Assembly (NCBI RefSeq): GCF_001677475.2
Contig: NZ_CP015229.1
DNA from: Escherichia coli
GTDB lineage: Bacteria > Pseudomonadota > Gammaproteobacteria > Enterobacterales > Enterobacteriaceae
Strand: one strand, 5' to 3'
DNA length: 64,000 nt
Position 1 is the stretch's first letter. Each line of letters opens with the position of its first letter. A program made the translations under genes and the position numbers. Below the pieces are notes generated by a model. That model saw nothing but the letters and a program-made list of their open reading frames with translations, did no database searches and was not told the DNA's origin. This document shows, one piece after another, positions 31,842 to 43,004 of the stretch.

Positions 31842-34800
31842 TCAACTCTCGCGTAGTCATTCATCAACGGATCATCAATTGACAGTGGCACCGTGCGCAT
31901 AACGCCCGGTTGAGGCGTGCTGACCTTTACGACAGTTCCCTGGCCTTTCGCCGAGTCTTTGGTGTGCTCTTCAATCCTGGCAAGCAATGAGGTCATCTGC
32001 GCAAACAGCCGCTTCGTTTCACCATCAAGTGAAACGGTATTATCAGCCAACTGCATTGTCGGCTTAGCACCGGAACCGCCAAGGTCACTAATAACCTGCC
32101 CGTCTATCTGCATACGACCGGTTGGTTGCTGCAAATCGTTGGCGGCAGTCGTCACCTGGGACGTGGAGGCTGGTTGAGGAGAATTATTTGAGCGCATTCC
32201 CCGGGCATTAATGAGTTTGTCATACAGCCCATCAATCCCCATTTGTGCACCGAGTTGGTCAAAGTAACTTGAGTTGTTTGCTACCGGACGTGCCTCTTCA
32301 ACTGGCATAGGTGTATCAACATACACATTGCCAGCTGCCGTTGCGGTTCCCCTTCCTCGTGCACGTTCTTCGAGGGTTCCCTGAACGACTTCCCGACGCA
32401 TCCCCCGGCCATTCATGAATTTGTTGACCAGATCGTTAACGCCAACAGCATTGCCGATTTTGTCTACCAGACCGCCTTTCTCAAACGGGCTATCACCAGG
32501 GGTAAACGCCAGGCCAGTAGACTGATCGATAACAGCGTTATCAGGCAGTGGTCCCCTCACTCCATATTGCGCCCCACCCTGTGCTCCTGCTCCAGGTGTA
32601 TAGATTTCACCACCCAAATAGCGAGCACGATGAGTATTGACCTTGATCGCGTACTCACGGTTTTCTTTCGATAAGTCACCTGTGCCTTTTTTCCACTTAT
32701 TGATAGTGCCAAACCCAGCGTTATATGCAGTGATGGCCTCGTTTAAGTCTCCATTGGCTTGCTTCAGATACTTGCTCATGAGAAGAGCCGCAGCTTCTGC
32801 CGATTTCACAGGATCAAATGCATCCGGTTCCGATATCCCTGTCTCTTTACGAGCAATACTCGTGAACTGGAACATCCCGAGTGCGCCACCACTTAACTTT
32901 CCATCTGGTGATCTTGTAAGCGGAGACTTTGCGTTAGGATCCCCTCCTGATTCAGTTGCAGCAATCGCGTAAAGAGTGCCTTCTGGAAGACCATATTTAT
33001 TCTCTAGTTCAGCAAAATATGGAGCCAACTTATCGAGATTTGCCTTACCTTCAGCGCCAAGACTTCCTACTTTTACATCCAAGTTGCCATTGTTGTAGGT
33101 ATCCGCAGCTTTCTGAATATCATTCCTGGTTCCAGTAGTATTACGCGACGATGATGACGAGCTATTTTGACCAATGGCTTTATCAATTTTCTGCAACGCG
33201 CGATTGCCCGTTTCTACGGCATTTGCATTGATAATCTGATTAGCAGTTTCTTTAACTGTTTTATTGCTATCTTTCGCCGTATCTAAGGATGCATTTACAA
33301 CACGAGTGACAATATTAGCCTTTTTAGGGGTATATTCAGTCTTAGGAGCATTGCCCTCCTGACGTTCTTTAGCAGGTGTTTTTAATTCAGGTGTAACCTC
33401 TTTCGCATCCGCTTTATTGACTAGCTTTGATGCAACCCAGGCCACAGGGGTGCTCTGAACAGCGGCATCAGCAACCTCACCTGAAAGCTCTTTTGCGGCA
33501 CTCCATAGATTACTGCCAGCCTCTTTAATGTATTTCCCCGGGTTCTTAATGAAATCAATTGCACTATCAATTGCATCACTGAAAACCTTTTTCAGGTTAT
33601 CGACAGTAAAGAAGTCTTTGATGGCGTCTAATTTTTCGTTCAGACTCTTGGTTGTGTCACTGAACCAAGCTGAAATAGCATCGCCAATCTTGGCTGTGTA
33701 ATCGTTGAATGTTGTGGATATGGTGTCACCAAGGTTAGAAATGTATGTTTCTAAATTGGTAATCCCACTATCAATGGCCTGTGCAATACTTTCCGTCGAA
33801 AATGATTGCAACATATTGCCGATATCCTCAAATCCAAGTGATTTGAGAACGCCACCAATGGCACTGCTAATACCAGATACCAGTCCTCCCATATCGAGAA
33901 CGTTAGCCAGTGTATAAGCCGCTTTTTGCTGAAAAGATGGATCTTCCCCATCCTTAAGCCCAAAGGTCCGACGTTGTGCTTCTGTATCATTCCAACCGGT
34001 TACCGCATCATAGATACCTCCAGCCACCGTGCCGACTAGCGGAATTGCGCGTAAAACCCCCTTTGCAAGTGCCTTAACACCTAGTTTCCCCAATCCCTTA
34101 GTTGCAAGTTTTCCGGCACCGCGAGTAGCCAATTCGCCAGCTTCTTTGGCAGCAGCTTTTTTCCCACCAAAGCCCAATAAGCTTGCAACTTTTTTTATAC
34201 CTAAAGCGCCTAGTGCCATCGAGCCAACTTTCTTTAGTGCCCCACGGCCAAAAATGAGGGAAGCAATACCACCGGCCCCCTTCCCTAACAGGCTAAATAA
34301 TTTGGACAGCAAGCCGCCCTTCTTTTTCCCGGTGTTTTTGGCTATCTGATCAAGGGCGCTGAGAATCTTGTCATTGCCCTCTTTAATTTCGCTGGTCTGA
34401 TCCTGAAGTTCCTGAACCGTCCGTTTTTGGGTGTTAACCTGAACGACATCGGCACTACTTTGCGATTTACGCCTAAAAAAACCTTTTTTACGGCTGTTAT
34501 CGTCATTGCCACGAATCACATCGGCAATAGACTTTCTGGCACCATTAAGCGATCCGCCAACTTCTTTTGATATCCCGCCAAGCTCCTTCCCTGCGGCCCA
34601 CAATGGACCAGCAACGGCATAACCTAACGCATCGACGGCACGAGTCTCTGAAGGGTTACCTATGCCTTCAGCTACTTTTGACAGTTTTTTTAATAAACCT
34701 GATTCAGCATTTAGACGCTCATCATCCTCTTTTCGCCTGGCCTTTTCTGCTCGTTCAGCATGGGCATCTTCCGCTGCGGCCTTACTCCCTGACTTTCCAA

Positions 34801-35266
34801 TAAAACGACCACGCGCATCGCGTTGGTTTTGGCTTTTTTGCGCACCGCCTTTTTGACCGAACATTTCGCGAGCGTGTTCGGCTGCTTCGGTCCGTTGCGC
34901 CTTTACATCCTCTGGTATAGCCTTCCTGCGTCGTTTTTTACCCTTTGGTGTGGTTGATTTGGCCCGCTGTTCCTGTTGAGCAACATCTTCCTGAACTACA
35001 CGAGAAACGTCCCCTAAATTAAGCCGTTTCATTGCGTCAACAATAGGGTCTACTGATGGCGCTTTGGCCACAAAGTCAGGCCGGGAATTTTCGATTGTGC
35101 GATTTAATGCCGACACGCTGCGAGAGACAGGATCAACAGTAGCAACTCGCCCACCTTTCAAATCTTCAACAGCTTCCCGGATACCAGCAAGCTCTTCCAG
35201 CTCTTTTGCGCTGGCGGTTTCAACTGTCCTTATAACATCGTCAATGTTGGCGTTTTTTCTTTCCAT
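31838..35266 (-). CDS. sit: tail tape-measure-like injection protein with lytic transglycosylase domain (Sit-like), 1142 aa
   Basis: SLT-like motif (TESGGDPNAKS ... GALGMFQFTS); size matches P1 Sit. Confidence 0.8.
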   Translation of the reverse strand: MERKNANIDDVIRTVETASAKELEELAGIREAVEDLKGGRVATVDPVSRSVSALNRTIENSRPDFVAKAPSVDPIVDAMKRLNLGDVSRVVQEDVAQQEQRAKSTTPKGKKRRRKAIPEDVKAQRTEAAEHAREMFGQKGGAQKSQNQRDARGRFIGKSGSKAAAEDAHAERAEKARRKEDDERLNAESGLLKKLSKVAEGIGNPSETRAVDALGYAVAGPLWAAGKELGGISKEVGGSLNGARKSIADVIRGNDDNSRKKGFFRRKSQSSADVVQVNTQKRTVQELQDQTSEIKEGNDKILSALDQIAKNTGKKKGGLLSKLFSLLGKGAGGIASLIFGRGALKKVGSMALGALGIKKVASLLGFGGKKAAAKEAGELATRGAGKLATKGLGKLGVKALAKGVLRAIPLVGTVAGGIYDAVTGWNDTEAQRRTFGLKDGEDPSFQQKAAYTLANVLDMGGLVSGISSAIGGVLKSLGFEDIGNMLQSFSTESIAQAIDSGITNLETYISNLGDTISTTFNDYTAKIGDAISAWFSDTTKSLNEKLDAIKDFFTVDNLKKVFSDAIDSAIDFIKNPGKYIKEAGSNLWSAAKELSGEVADAAVQSTPVAWVASKLVNKADAKEVTPELKTPAKERQEGNAPKTEYTPKKANIVTRVVNASLDTAKDSNKTVKETANQIINANAVETGNRALQKIDKAIGQNSSSSSSRNTTGTRNDIQKAADTYNNGNLDVKVGSLGAEGKANLDKLAPYFAELENKYGLPEGTLYAIAATESGGDPNAKSPLTRSPDGKLSGGALGMFQFTSIARKETGISEPDAFDPVKSAEAAALLMSKYLKQANGDLNEAITAYNAGFGTINKWKKGTGDLSKENREYAIKVNTHRARYLGGEIYTPGAGAQGGAQYGVRGPLPDNAVIDQSTGLAFTPGDSPFEKGGLVDKIGNAVGVNDLVNKFMNGRGMRREVVQGTLEERARGRGTATAAGNVYVDTPMPVEEARPVANNSSYFDQLGAQMGIDGLYDKLINARGMRSNNSPQPASTSQVTTAANDLQQPTGRMQIDGQVISDLGGSGAKPTMQLADNTVSLDGETKRLFAQMTSLLARIEEHTKDSAKGQGTVVKVSTPQPGVMRTVPLSIDDPLMNDYARVD

Positions 35267-35347
35267 GATCTTATCGCCTACCGTTTCGGTTTAAGTTTTT
35301 CTTCCAGTTTCTCCAACAGGAAAAACGCATAGGATTCAGTGAGCCTT

Positions 35348-36229
35348 TCAGCGTCCTGAATCGGTATACCCCCATACAAAACCAGGTTGGACACTAAGGT
35401 CTGATAGCTTTTCAATCCCCACCTGTGGAATGAAGTCGGTAGCCCGAAAGGGCACCCACAGACGGGTATATGCACCCTCTGTGGACTCCTTTTTATCCTG
35501 ATTTGGGCATTTATGCGGCGGGAGACGAAGACGCATTTCACCTTTATCGATGTAGCACGGTAAACCATGTTCGAGCTTTTCATGAGCCAGTCGGATGTGT
35601 GCCGCCAGCTTCATAAATTCAGTATCAATGGCCATCCGTTTAATCGTTTCATAACGACGCTCAGCCTGATCTTCACGAGTACCGCTAACATCGTTATAAA
35701 GCTCACACTGATAAGCGAATTCCCAAAAACGCAAATCAACGATCGCTTCTTTGAATTCCGCGTCGTCTTCAGGTGGCAATGCTGCACGGCGCATCTCCAG
35801 CATTTCCATTGCCCAACCATCAAGCGGCACGATACGCCATTGATAAGGTACTCCCTCTACAGACACCTCAATATCGTCAATGAAAGGTTCCACTTCCAGG
35901 ACCTGGATATCTTCAGCCAGAGCATTCATATCACAATCGTAATAATGCTCTTTACCACAATGTTTACAGGTGTAGGTGAATGTCTCGACCGGTGTTTCAC
36001 GGGAGCCGGTAAATATCCACCATAACGCGGTAATCCGGTCCTGCGCCGTCCATGTCAGGGGATCATGTTTCGCGGGTTCAGCCAGCAAGGCTTTTAAATA
36101 CGCCGTTGTCTGTTGTTCTTGTTCCTCCGGTGTTATCGAGTTGAAACGCATCGCATCAGCAATATTTGGCTGACGGAACTGGATCAATTCAGTTGGCCGC
36201 GATGGTAGCGGGAAAAGAGGTAAAAGCAT
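35348..36229 (-). CDS. tail morphogenesis protein (PmgB-like position), contains CxxC pair
   Basis: Synteny only. Confidence 0.4.
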   Translation of the reverse strand: MLLPLFPLPSRPTELIQFRQPNIADAMRFNSITPEEQEQQTTAYLKALLAEPAKHDPLTWTAQDRITALWWIFTGSRETPVETFTYTCKHCGKEHYYDCDMNALAEDIQVLEVEPFIDDIEVSVEGVPYQWRIVPLDGWAMEMLEMRRAALPPEDDAEFKEAIVDLRFWEFAYQCELYNDVSGTREDQAERRYETIKRMAIDTEFMKLAAHIRLAHEKLEHGLPCYIDKGEMRLRLPPHKCPNQDKKESTEGAYTRLWVPFRATDFIPQVGIEKLSDLSVQPGFVWGYTDSGR

Positions 36230-36243
36230 CCTTGCTCCTTAAT

Positions 36244-36855
36244 TCAAAGAGAAAAGCTAAAGCCCAGAAGGGAAGCCAAAGAACTTGAGGATTGGTTAAA
36301 CGTGCTGTGCAATGCGAAGGTCATTGGGAATGACTTAAATTCAGTAACCTGATCTCGCGCATAGGTGACATCGCCGGTAGTGACCGGGAATACCGTCATC
36401 TCATTTTCCAGTTTGGTTAAACCGGAAGACAGTAACCGATAAATACGCACATTGAGCAAATATTTAGACGGTATATTCCCAGTACCGTCCGGATTAATCA
36501 CCCGACTTTTTGCCGTCTTAAACCAGTCCAAAACGAGGCCATCAACGGTATCCCTGACCATCATTGTTATCTGCCCAGGCGAACGCTCCGTTGGCTGAAG
36601 GATATTCCCTCCGCCGATTTTAATCGTTTCATATTCGATGCTGTAATCGTGGTAGGTAATGTCTTTGGCAAAGAAGTCTGCCCCCTCCAGTCCATCAACT
36701 TCGACAGAGAACTGCCATCCTTGCGCGAACAGCATTTTGTTCATGATGATTGACGTCAGCTTACCAACTTCCCGCTCACCAACGCCGGAGCCAAATAATG
36801 TCGTCGTTAATGCCGAAGATACATAAGACTTTACTGATGCAACATTAAGTCCCAT
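36244..36855 (-). CDS. putative tail tube protein (Tub-like position)
   Basis: Synteny and size. Confidence 0.4.
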   Translation of the reverse strand: MGLNVASVKSYVSSALTTTLFGSGVGEREVGKLTSIIMNKMLFAQGWQFSVEVDGLEGADFFAKDITYHDYSIEYETIKIGGGNILQPTERSPGQITMMVRDTVDGLVLDWFKTAKSRVINPDGTGNIPSKYLLNVRIYRLLSSGLTKLENEMTVFPVTTGDVTYARDQVTEFKSFPMTFALHSTFNQSSSSLASLLGFSFSL

Positions 36856-36865
36856 ATCAACGACC

Positions 36866-37310
<445 letters not shown>

Positions 37311-37400
37311 GTTATTTCAAGCCTTTTAAGCCCCTTCAAAAATGCCCGCATCTCCTTTTAAAGCGAATTTTAAAGAAGCTCCAAAAGCAGGTCAATTAAG

Positions 37401-37916
37401 TCAACCTGCCTTTGCTTTTACGCTGTGTGAGAGAATACTTGCTTCAATTTCTTCCAAAATCTCTCTGACTTGCTCGTCGGACATATCAACCAACATCAAT
37501 GCAGCCAGGCGTTTACGACCCTCTAGTTGCAGCAGTTCTTGAGTATCTTTGTCCAATAAGCGTAGTACCGTTTCAACGCCTTTCCTTGCGAACATGCTGG
37601 TAAGAGCCTCTCGTTCTTCACTAGTAAGAAACGAGAGCATCTCAGTTAGCTGATCGCCTTGACTTAAACTGCTTTGTGATTCTTGTATTTTTGGTGGGTT
37701 TCCGTTGCCTGTTTTTAACCATTCAAGACTAACACCTTCACTTTCTGCAATGCGTACCAATATGCTTTCTCGAGGTTCTGGTGTGTTTCCCTTTTTAAAA
37801 TAGCTTTGTAACGTATTGATATTTATTCCCCAGGCTCTGGCTGCAGCACTTCTTGATGGATACCGTCTAATAAGATATGCCATGCGCTCTACGATAGGTT
37901 CTTTTGCTTGCTCCAT
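37401..37916 (-). CDS. Mu-like prophage repressor (c-like), N-terminal HTH
   Basis: Leftward gene divergent from ner/A/B; HTH-like segment RSAAARAWGININTLQSY. Confidence 0.6.
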   Translation of the reverse strand: MEQAKEPIVERMAYLIRRYPSRSAAARAWGININTLQSYFKKGNTPEPRESILVRIAESEGVSLEWLKTGNGNPPKIQESQSSLSQGDQLTEMLSFLTSEEREALTSMFARKGVETVLRLLDKDTQELLQLEGRKRLAALMLVDMSDEQVREILEEIEASILSHSVKAKAG

Positions 37917-38107
37917 AAAAGTACCTCTAGGTATTTTTCTGCATAAAGGTTCTTTTCCATCTATCTAATTGAATAGAAAGGAAAATTCAAAAATACAAAC
38001 AAAATACAAAAAATACCTTGTAATGGTACTTTTTGTGATCTACGATTTTATCCATACGGATATCCGACCGGATATCCGCGCGGGTAACTTTGTAGGGTAA
38101 AGGAAAG
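37917..38107. promoter_or_regulatory. divergent early promoter/operator region with tandem palindromes CGGATATCCG and AAATACAAA repeats
   Basis: Two copies of the 10-bp palindrome separated by 2 bp just upstream of ner. Confidence 0.5.
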
Positions 38108-38359
38108 ATGAGACAAAGAGAAGATCGCGACCGCGATTGGCCTTCGCTAAAGATTCAGCTGGCGCTCAAAGATAATGGGTGGTCTTCCTTCCGGGAGCTT
38201 TCACTCCATGCTGGTTATGCTCAGGATTCACTGAAAGCGGTAGTTCGTACACCGAACAAAAAATACGAACGCGTAATTTCTGACGCTATAGGTGTACCGC
38301 CAGAAATCATCTGGCCCAGCCGGTATCGTAACGATGGATTTATCAGGAAGGCGTCGTGA
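38108..38359 (+). CDS. ner: Ner-like DNA-binding protein
   Basis: Pattern DW...L...SL.ALS...GY...L......P...E.II...L...PE.IWPSRY matches Mu Ner/Nlp. Confidence 0.8.
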   Translation: MRQREDRDRDWPSLKIQLALKDNGWSSFRELSLHAGYAQDSLKAVVRTPNKKYERVISDAIGVPPEIIWPSRYRNDGFIRKAS

Positions 38360-38360
38360 T

Positions 38361-40457
38361 ATGCAGTTGTACGTTACCGCAAACGACTTGCTCGGCGTAC
38401 CAGGAATGCCAGTCACTGCAAAAGGTATCCGTCAGGCGTTACAGCGTTTTGCCCATGGGCGCAATGACGTTAGCCGCCGACGTGAAGGCACAAAAGCCAT
38501 TGAATACCACATCGATTGCCTGCCAGAGGTAACTCAAAGGGCACTGCGTGAACGCTATGTGGAACAGCTGGTGGCTACAGAGAACAATGTTTCTGAAGTG
38601 AAGGTTGTTACCAGGAAGGCTCGTAATCCTGATGCAGTCCAGGCAATCGAAGCATATCGCGGTTCTCCACAACTGATGGAAGAACGCCTGAACGCGTTGA
38701 CCGAAAACCAGCGCCGGGTATCTGAAGCAAGATCTGCGCTGGTGGTGGAAGTGCTGAGGCTGGAAAGAGACGGTGATCTCGGGCGACTGAAAGCCATTAA
38801 CTTTCTTGTCGAAAAAGCCCGTAAAGGTGAACTACCGGAACGCCTGCAACAGGCCGCAGTTAACGCCAATGCAAAACGTGGTGCTAATCGCACCATCAGT
38901 CGTGACCCACTTTATCAGTGGGTGCTGAAGTACAACCAGTCACAGAACGCCGCAGAACGGCTGCTGTTACTGGCACCAGGAAAACGCGACGAAATAAAAC
39001 CGGAGGAAATTAGCTGGCTACCTGAATTTCTGGCGCAGTATCGCCAGGCGAATGGCAGACCTATGTCAGAAGCCTACGAAGATTTTGTCGCGGAATGGCA
39101 GCGTCGCCATGCAGACGAACCCTACATGATAGAGGTGATGCCCTCTTACGATGTGGTTCGTTATGCCATGAAGAAATTGCCGGAAGTGGTGAAACAAAAA
39201 GGCCGTGTTACCGGCAGTGAATACCGTCAGCTTGAAGGATTCACCCGCCGCGACTGGACAGCTATGCCGGTGAATTATGTCTGGATTGGTGACGGTCACG
39301 GTATGAAGCTGAAATGTGCGCATCCGATCCACGGGCGTCCATTCTCACCAGAAGTCACGTTTGTGATCGACGGTGGAACCCGGTTTGTTGTTGGCTGGAG
39401 TCTTGATCTTGCCGAGAACGTTTTCGCCGTTGCCGGAGCGATACAGCACGGCATTCGCAACCACGGAAAACCGTTCCTGTATTACTCGGATAACGGTTCT
39501 GGTGAAACGGCTGACATGCTTGACAAAGAGGTCGTGGGTATTCTGCCCCGCCTGGGGATTAAACACCCAACAGGTATTGCCGGTAATCCACAGGGGCGCG
39601 GCATTATTGAACGCCTGAACCGGACACTGCCGATGCGTATAGCCAGGAGGTATCGCACCTATTTTGGCAAGGGTGCTGACCGGGAATCGTTGCGTGTACT
39701 TAACCGTGATCTGCGTTCAGCGTTTAACGCCCTGCAACAGGACAAGCCTCTGAACGACCGCCAGAAAGCTGCAATGCGCGAGCTACCATCGTGGGCGGAG
39801 CTTATTGAGGCTATTCGTGAAGGCGTGGAATGGTACAACAACCGCCCGCATTCTGAGCTGCCTATGAAACCGAACGGGCGGCATTACAGCCCGGCAGAGT
39901 TCAGAAAAAAACGCCTGGCAGAAGAAGACACCGAAATTGAGTGGCTGAGTGATCTTGAGCTGCGCGACATGTTCCGCCCGATGGTGGAGCGTCCGGTAAA
40001 ACGCTGTGAAATCAAATGGCTTGGCAATATTTATTACGCGCCGGAGCTGCGTGACGAACACGGTCGCAAAGTGCTTATCAGTTATGACATTCATGACGCC
40101 GAGCGAATTACGGTACGTCGCAAGGACGGCAGCTTTATCTGTGAGGCGATATGGAACGGCAATAAACGCGCAGCCTTCCCTGTCAGTGCGGAATATCACA
40201 AACAACAGCAGCGTATTAAAGGGATGCGCAAACGCGCTGAGGAAAAAATTCGCGATGCTGAAGATGAAGGTATTCAGATTCTGGAACACAAACAGGCTGA
40301 ACCCTGGCTGGATAATGTTTATCGCCCGGTTGGTAATGTGGTGGCCGTTCAGCAACCGGAATATGAAGAAGAGCATGACGAAGAATTTGAACGCGATTTC
40401 AGACTGGGGATGCAAAAACTTTTTGCCATGCAGGAAGAAGATGATCCGCTGGCCTGA
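38361..40457 (+). CDS. Mu-type DDE transposase A
   Basis: Track ORF 38292-40457 trimmed to the ATG; N-terminus parallels Mu A (PG.P.T..G......KGGKAIEY); about 700 aa. Confidence 0.85.
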   Translation: MQLYVTANDLLGVPGMPVTAKGIRQALQRFAHGRNDVSRRREGTKAIEYHIDCLPEVTQRALRERYVEQLVATENNVSEVKVVTRKARNPDAVQAIEAYRGSPQLMEERLNALTENQRRVSEARSALVVEVLRLERDGDLGRLKAINFLVEKARKGELPERLQQAAVNANAKRGANRTISRDPLYQWVLKYNQSQNAAERLLLLAPGKRDEIKPEEISWLPEFLAQYRQANGRPMSEAYEDFVAEWQRRHADEPYMIEVMPSYDVVRYAMKKLPEVVKQKGRVTGSEYRQLEGFTRRDWTAMPVNYVWIGDGHGMKLKCAHPIHGRPFSPEVTFVIDGGTRFVVGWSLDLAENVFAVAGAIQHGIRNHGKPFLYYSDNGSGETADMLDKEVVGILPRLGIKHPTGIAGNPQGRGIIERLNRTLPMRIARRYRTYFGKGADRESLRVLNRDLRSAFNALQQDKPLNDRQKAAMRELPSWAELIEAIREGVEWYNNRPHSELPMKPNGRHYSPAEFRKKRLAEEDTEIEWLSDLELRDMFRPMVERPVKRCEIKWLGNIYYAPELRDEHGRKVLISYDIHDAERITVRRKDGSFICEAIWNGNKRAAFPVSAEYHKQQQRIKGMRKRAEEKIRDAEDEGIQILEHKQAEPWLDNVYRPVGNVVAVQQPEYEEEHDEEFERDFRLGMQKLFAMQEEDDPLA

Positions 40458-40532
40458 ATAAAAAAACAGTCCGCGGGAACGGACTGTTAAACAAGGAAAA
40501 CAAAGTGAATCTGTAATGATGGAGGAAATACT

Positions 40533-41486
40533 ATGACTGATATTGATGATGTTTTCAACACTATTAATACGTTGATCAACGAGGGCGACAAGCCCCAGGA
40601 AGATATTGCTGATGAGGCCGGAATGTCTCCGGCAACACTCTCGGCTCTGCGTAAAGGAGAATACAAAGGCAATGTCGAAGGTATGCATGACAAATTACAG
40701 GAATGGTATCGGGTCTGGCAAAAAGGGCAGAATTTGTCAGGTGCCCCCGGCGTTGTGAAGACCCAGACATTTTGTGATTTGCATGAGCTGTTTAAAACAG
40801 TGCGCTCACTCGGGATTATCAGTGTTGTTGTTGGCGTACCGGGTGTCGGCAAAACTTTTGCTGCACGGGAATATTGCCGCAAGACAGCTAATGCCTGGAT
40901 GGTGACGCTTGCACCGGCACATTCGAGCGTAACGGAATGCCTCCTTGAAATAGCATATGCGCTGGAAATTAATAATCCGGGAAGAAATAAGGGGAATATA
41001 ACCCGCGCCATTCGCAGAAAACTGGGCGGTGGTAAAGAAACCAGTGGCCGTGTTAACCCCCTGCTGATTATTGATGAAGCTGATCACTTAAGTGTGGATG
41101 GTCTGGAGCAATTACGCGCCATTCAGGATGCTACTGGCGTGGGGATGGTTTTAATTGGCAACCCGAAACAGATGGCGGATGCCACCCGTCGTGGGACTGA
41201 TGAACTGGCTCGTTTGTTCAGCCGTTTTGCCATGACAAAACAACTGCGCAAAGTGAAAAAGACTGATGTGATGGCTGTAGCCAAAGCATGGGGAGTAACA
41301 CAGGAAGATGAGCTGGATCTGCTGATGAGGGTTGCCGAAAAGCCCGGGGGATTGCGTGTATTAACTCACACACTGAATCATGCGTGGCTGGCGGCGAAAG
41401 GTGCTGGTTCATCCCTGAATAAAAGTCACATAAAAGCGGCTTTTAAGGAGGCTTACAGCAACCCTAAGTTGCTGAACTGGCAGTAA
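40533..41486 (+). CDS. Mu B-type AAA+ target-DNA activator
   Basis: Walker A GVPGVGKT, Walker B LLIIDEADHL; directly after transposase. Confidence 0.85.
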   Translation: MTDIDDVFNTINTLINEGDKPQEDIADEAGMSPATLSALRKGEYKGNVEGMHDKLQEWYRVWQKGQNLSGAPGVVKTQTFCDLHELFKTVRSLGIISVVVGVPGVGKTFAAREYCRKTANAWMVTLAPAHSSVTECLLEIAYALEINNPGRNKGNITRAIRRKLGGGKETSGRVNPLLIIDEADHLSVDGLEQLRAIQDATGVGMVLIGNPKQMADATRRGTDELARLFSRFAMTKQLRKVKKTDVMAVAKAWGVTQEDELDLLMRVAEKPGGLRVLTHTLNHAWLAAKGAGSSLNKSHIKAAFKEAYSNPKLLNWQ

Positions 41487-41498
41487 GGGGCATAAACC

Positions 41499-41726
41499 AT
41501 GATGTCACGGAATATCAAAATGGCAACGGAAGTAAAGACCTGGTTACAGGAGCGCGGCAGCCACGTCAACGAATCCTGGCTGGGCGTGGCCCGCCCGGTG
41601 CTTGAAATCACCTGCCCGCCACCAGAGCTGGTCAGAAACGCTGTCAGGATTATGGAGCATAAATCCGGGGTTGCCCGTTCAGTATGGACGGCCCGTCTTA
41701 ATGGTTGTCAGATTATCTGGAGATAA
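41499..41726 (+). CDS. hypothetical early protein (Mu kil position)
   Basis: Position only. Confidence 0.35.
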   Translation: MMSRNIKMATEVKTWLQERGSHVNESWLGVARPVLEITCPPPELVRNAVRIMEHKSGVARSVWTARLNGCQIIWR

Positions 41727-41728
41727 CG

Positions 41729-41959
41729 ATGAGTATCAGGTCTGGAAAATATATTGAGTGGGTTAAACATTGTCAGCGCCACGGAGTGCCTTTGACGACA
41801 TATAAATGCCCAGGATGTGGCAAACAACTTATGACGCAAAGTTCCCCCGAAAATGAAGTATGGGACTCCTTCACATGTTGTCCGTGGTGTAGTGGTGTTT
41901 TCTTTAAACAGGTAGAAGGCGCGAAAATAAAGGTCAGCGCAGTTATTCAGAATCAATAA
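41729..41959 (+). CDS. zinc-ribbon protein (CPGCG ... CCPWCSG)
   Basis: Two Cys pairs; track ORF trimmed to the ATG. Confidence 0.45.
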   Translation: MSIRSGKYIEWVKHCQRHGVPLTTYKCPGCGKQLMTQSSPENEVWDSFTCCPWCSGVFFKQVEGAKIKVSAVIQNQ

Positions 41960-41970
41960 GGAGAAACAAA

Positions 41971-42240
41971 ATGGCAAAAGTAATCTTTGAATTTAACCGC
42001 ATGGAAGATGTTGAGTTTCAGAAAAAAGGAGGTTTCTTTGTAGGAATGAGTGTGCAACTGGAAGAACGGTCTCCTAAGGAGCAAATCGGACCACATGACG
42101 TAATGGCAGGCATTATCAAGAGCATGGCTCCTGAAATTATTGAAAAAGCAACCCAGGAGTTGTTGAAGTCAGCCAGACAACTTGGACTGGAAGCCGAAGG
42201 CGAGTTATTCCGGTATAAACCGGATGCAGCCAAACATTAA
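41971..42240 (+). CDS. hypothetical early protein
   Basis: Track ORF in a tight same-strand array. Confidence 0.4.
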   Translation: MAKVIFEFNRMEDVEFQKKGGFFVGMSVQLEERSPKEQIGPHDVMAGIIKSMAPEIIEKATQELLKSARQLGLEAEGELFRYKPDAAKH

Positions 42241-42260
42241 TTCATAAAGGAACTCTGACA

Positions 42261-42680
42261 ATGAAAGCCAAAATCAGAAACGAAATTCAGGCATTAATTC
42301 GAATTAAAATGCGTAATAACAATGGCAGAGACTTACGCGAGTTTATTTGCGCGCGCGAAGTTGAGGGGTATGGCGAAAAGACTTACCTGATTGCATTTGA
42401 CCATTACAGCATTTGTGCGCGTTATTGCGGGGAGGCGGTATTCCGCGCCATTACGTTTGGCAATGCCTTCAATGTGGATTTATGGGAATACGTCATGGAC
42501 CGCGAATACATCAGCGCGTCAGACCCGGACGCACGGGAGCAGTGGAAGAACATCTGGCGCGATTACCGGCAAATGGCGAAAGGCTGGACGCAGGGGACGT
42601 ATTCTTCCCTTGCCCTGAAAGCGGTTCAGCTATCTGTGCGGCATATGCTGTCGGCACGATTCGAACTCCCGGTGCACTGA
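42261..42680 (+). CDS. hypothetical early protein
   Basis: Track ORF. Confidence 0.4.
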   Translation: MKAKIRNEIQALIRIKMRNNNGRDLREFICAREVEGYGEKTYLIAFDHYSICARYCGEAVFRAITFGNAFNVDLWEYVMDREYISASDPDAREQWKNIWRDYRQMAKGWTQGTYSSLALKAVQLSVRHMLSARFELPVH

Positions 42681-42696
42681 TAAGGAGGGCATCATC

Positions 42697-42984
42697 ATGA
42701 TAATCCCTCGCAAAAGATGGTCACGTGAAGACCGGGAATTTATCGAAGCCAGTGTCGGGAAAATGACTGTTGAAGAAATGGCGAAAAAACTGAACGTTGC
42801 CACAAGCGCCCTGCGGGCACATGCCAGAAGGTACGGAATATCGTTGTGTGTATACAAAATCAGTGAGCACGACAAATATTTGTGTCGTGAACTTTATAAA
42901 GAAGGGGTGGCTATTCATGTCATTGCCCAAAAGATGGAATTAAGCAATCGGGCTGTATCCAGCATTGTATACAGAGAATATTAA
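42697..42984 (+). CDS. hypothetical early protein, possible HTH
   Basis: Track ORF. Confidence 0.4.
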   Translation: MIIPRKRWSREDREFIEASVGKMTVEEMAKKLNVATSALRAHARRYGISLCVYKISEHDKYLCRELYKEGVAIHVIAQKMELSNRAVSSIVYREY

Positions 42985-43004
42985 TTAACAGGAGCTTTAT
43001 TTAT

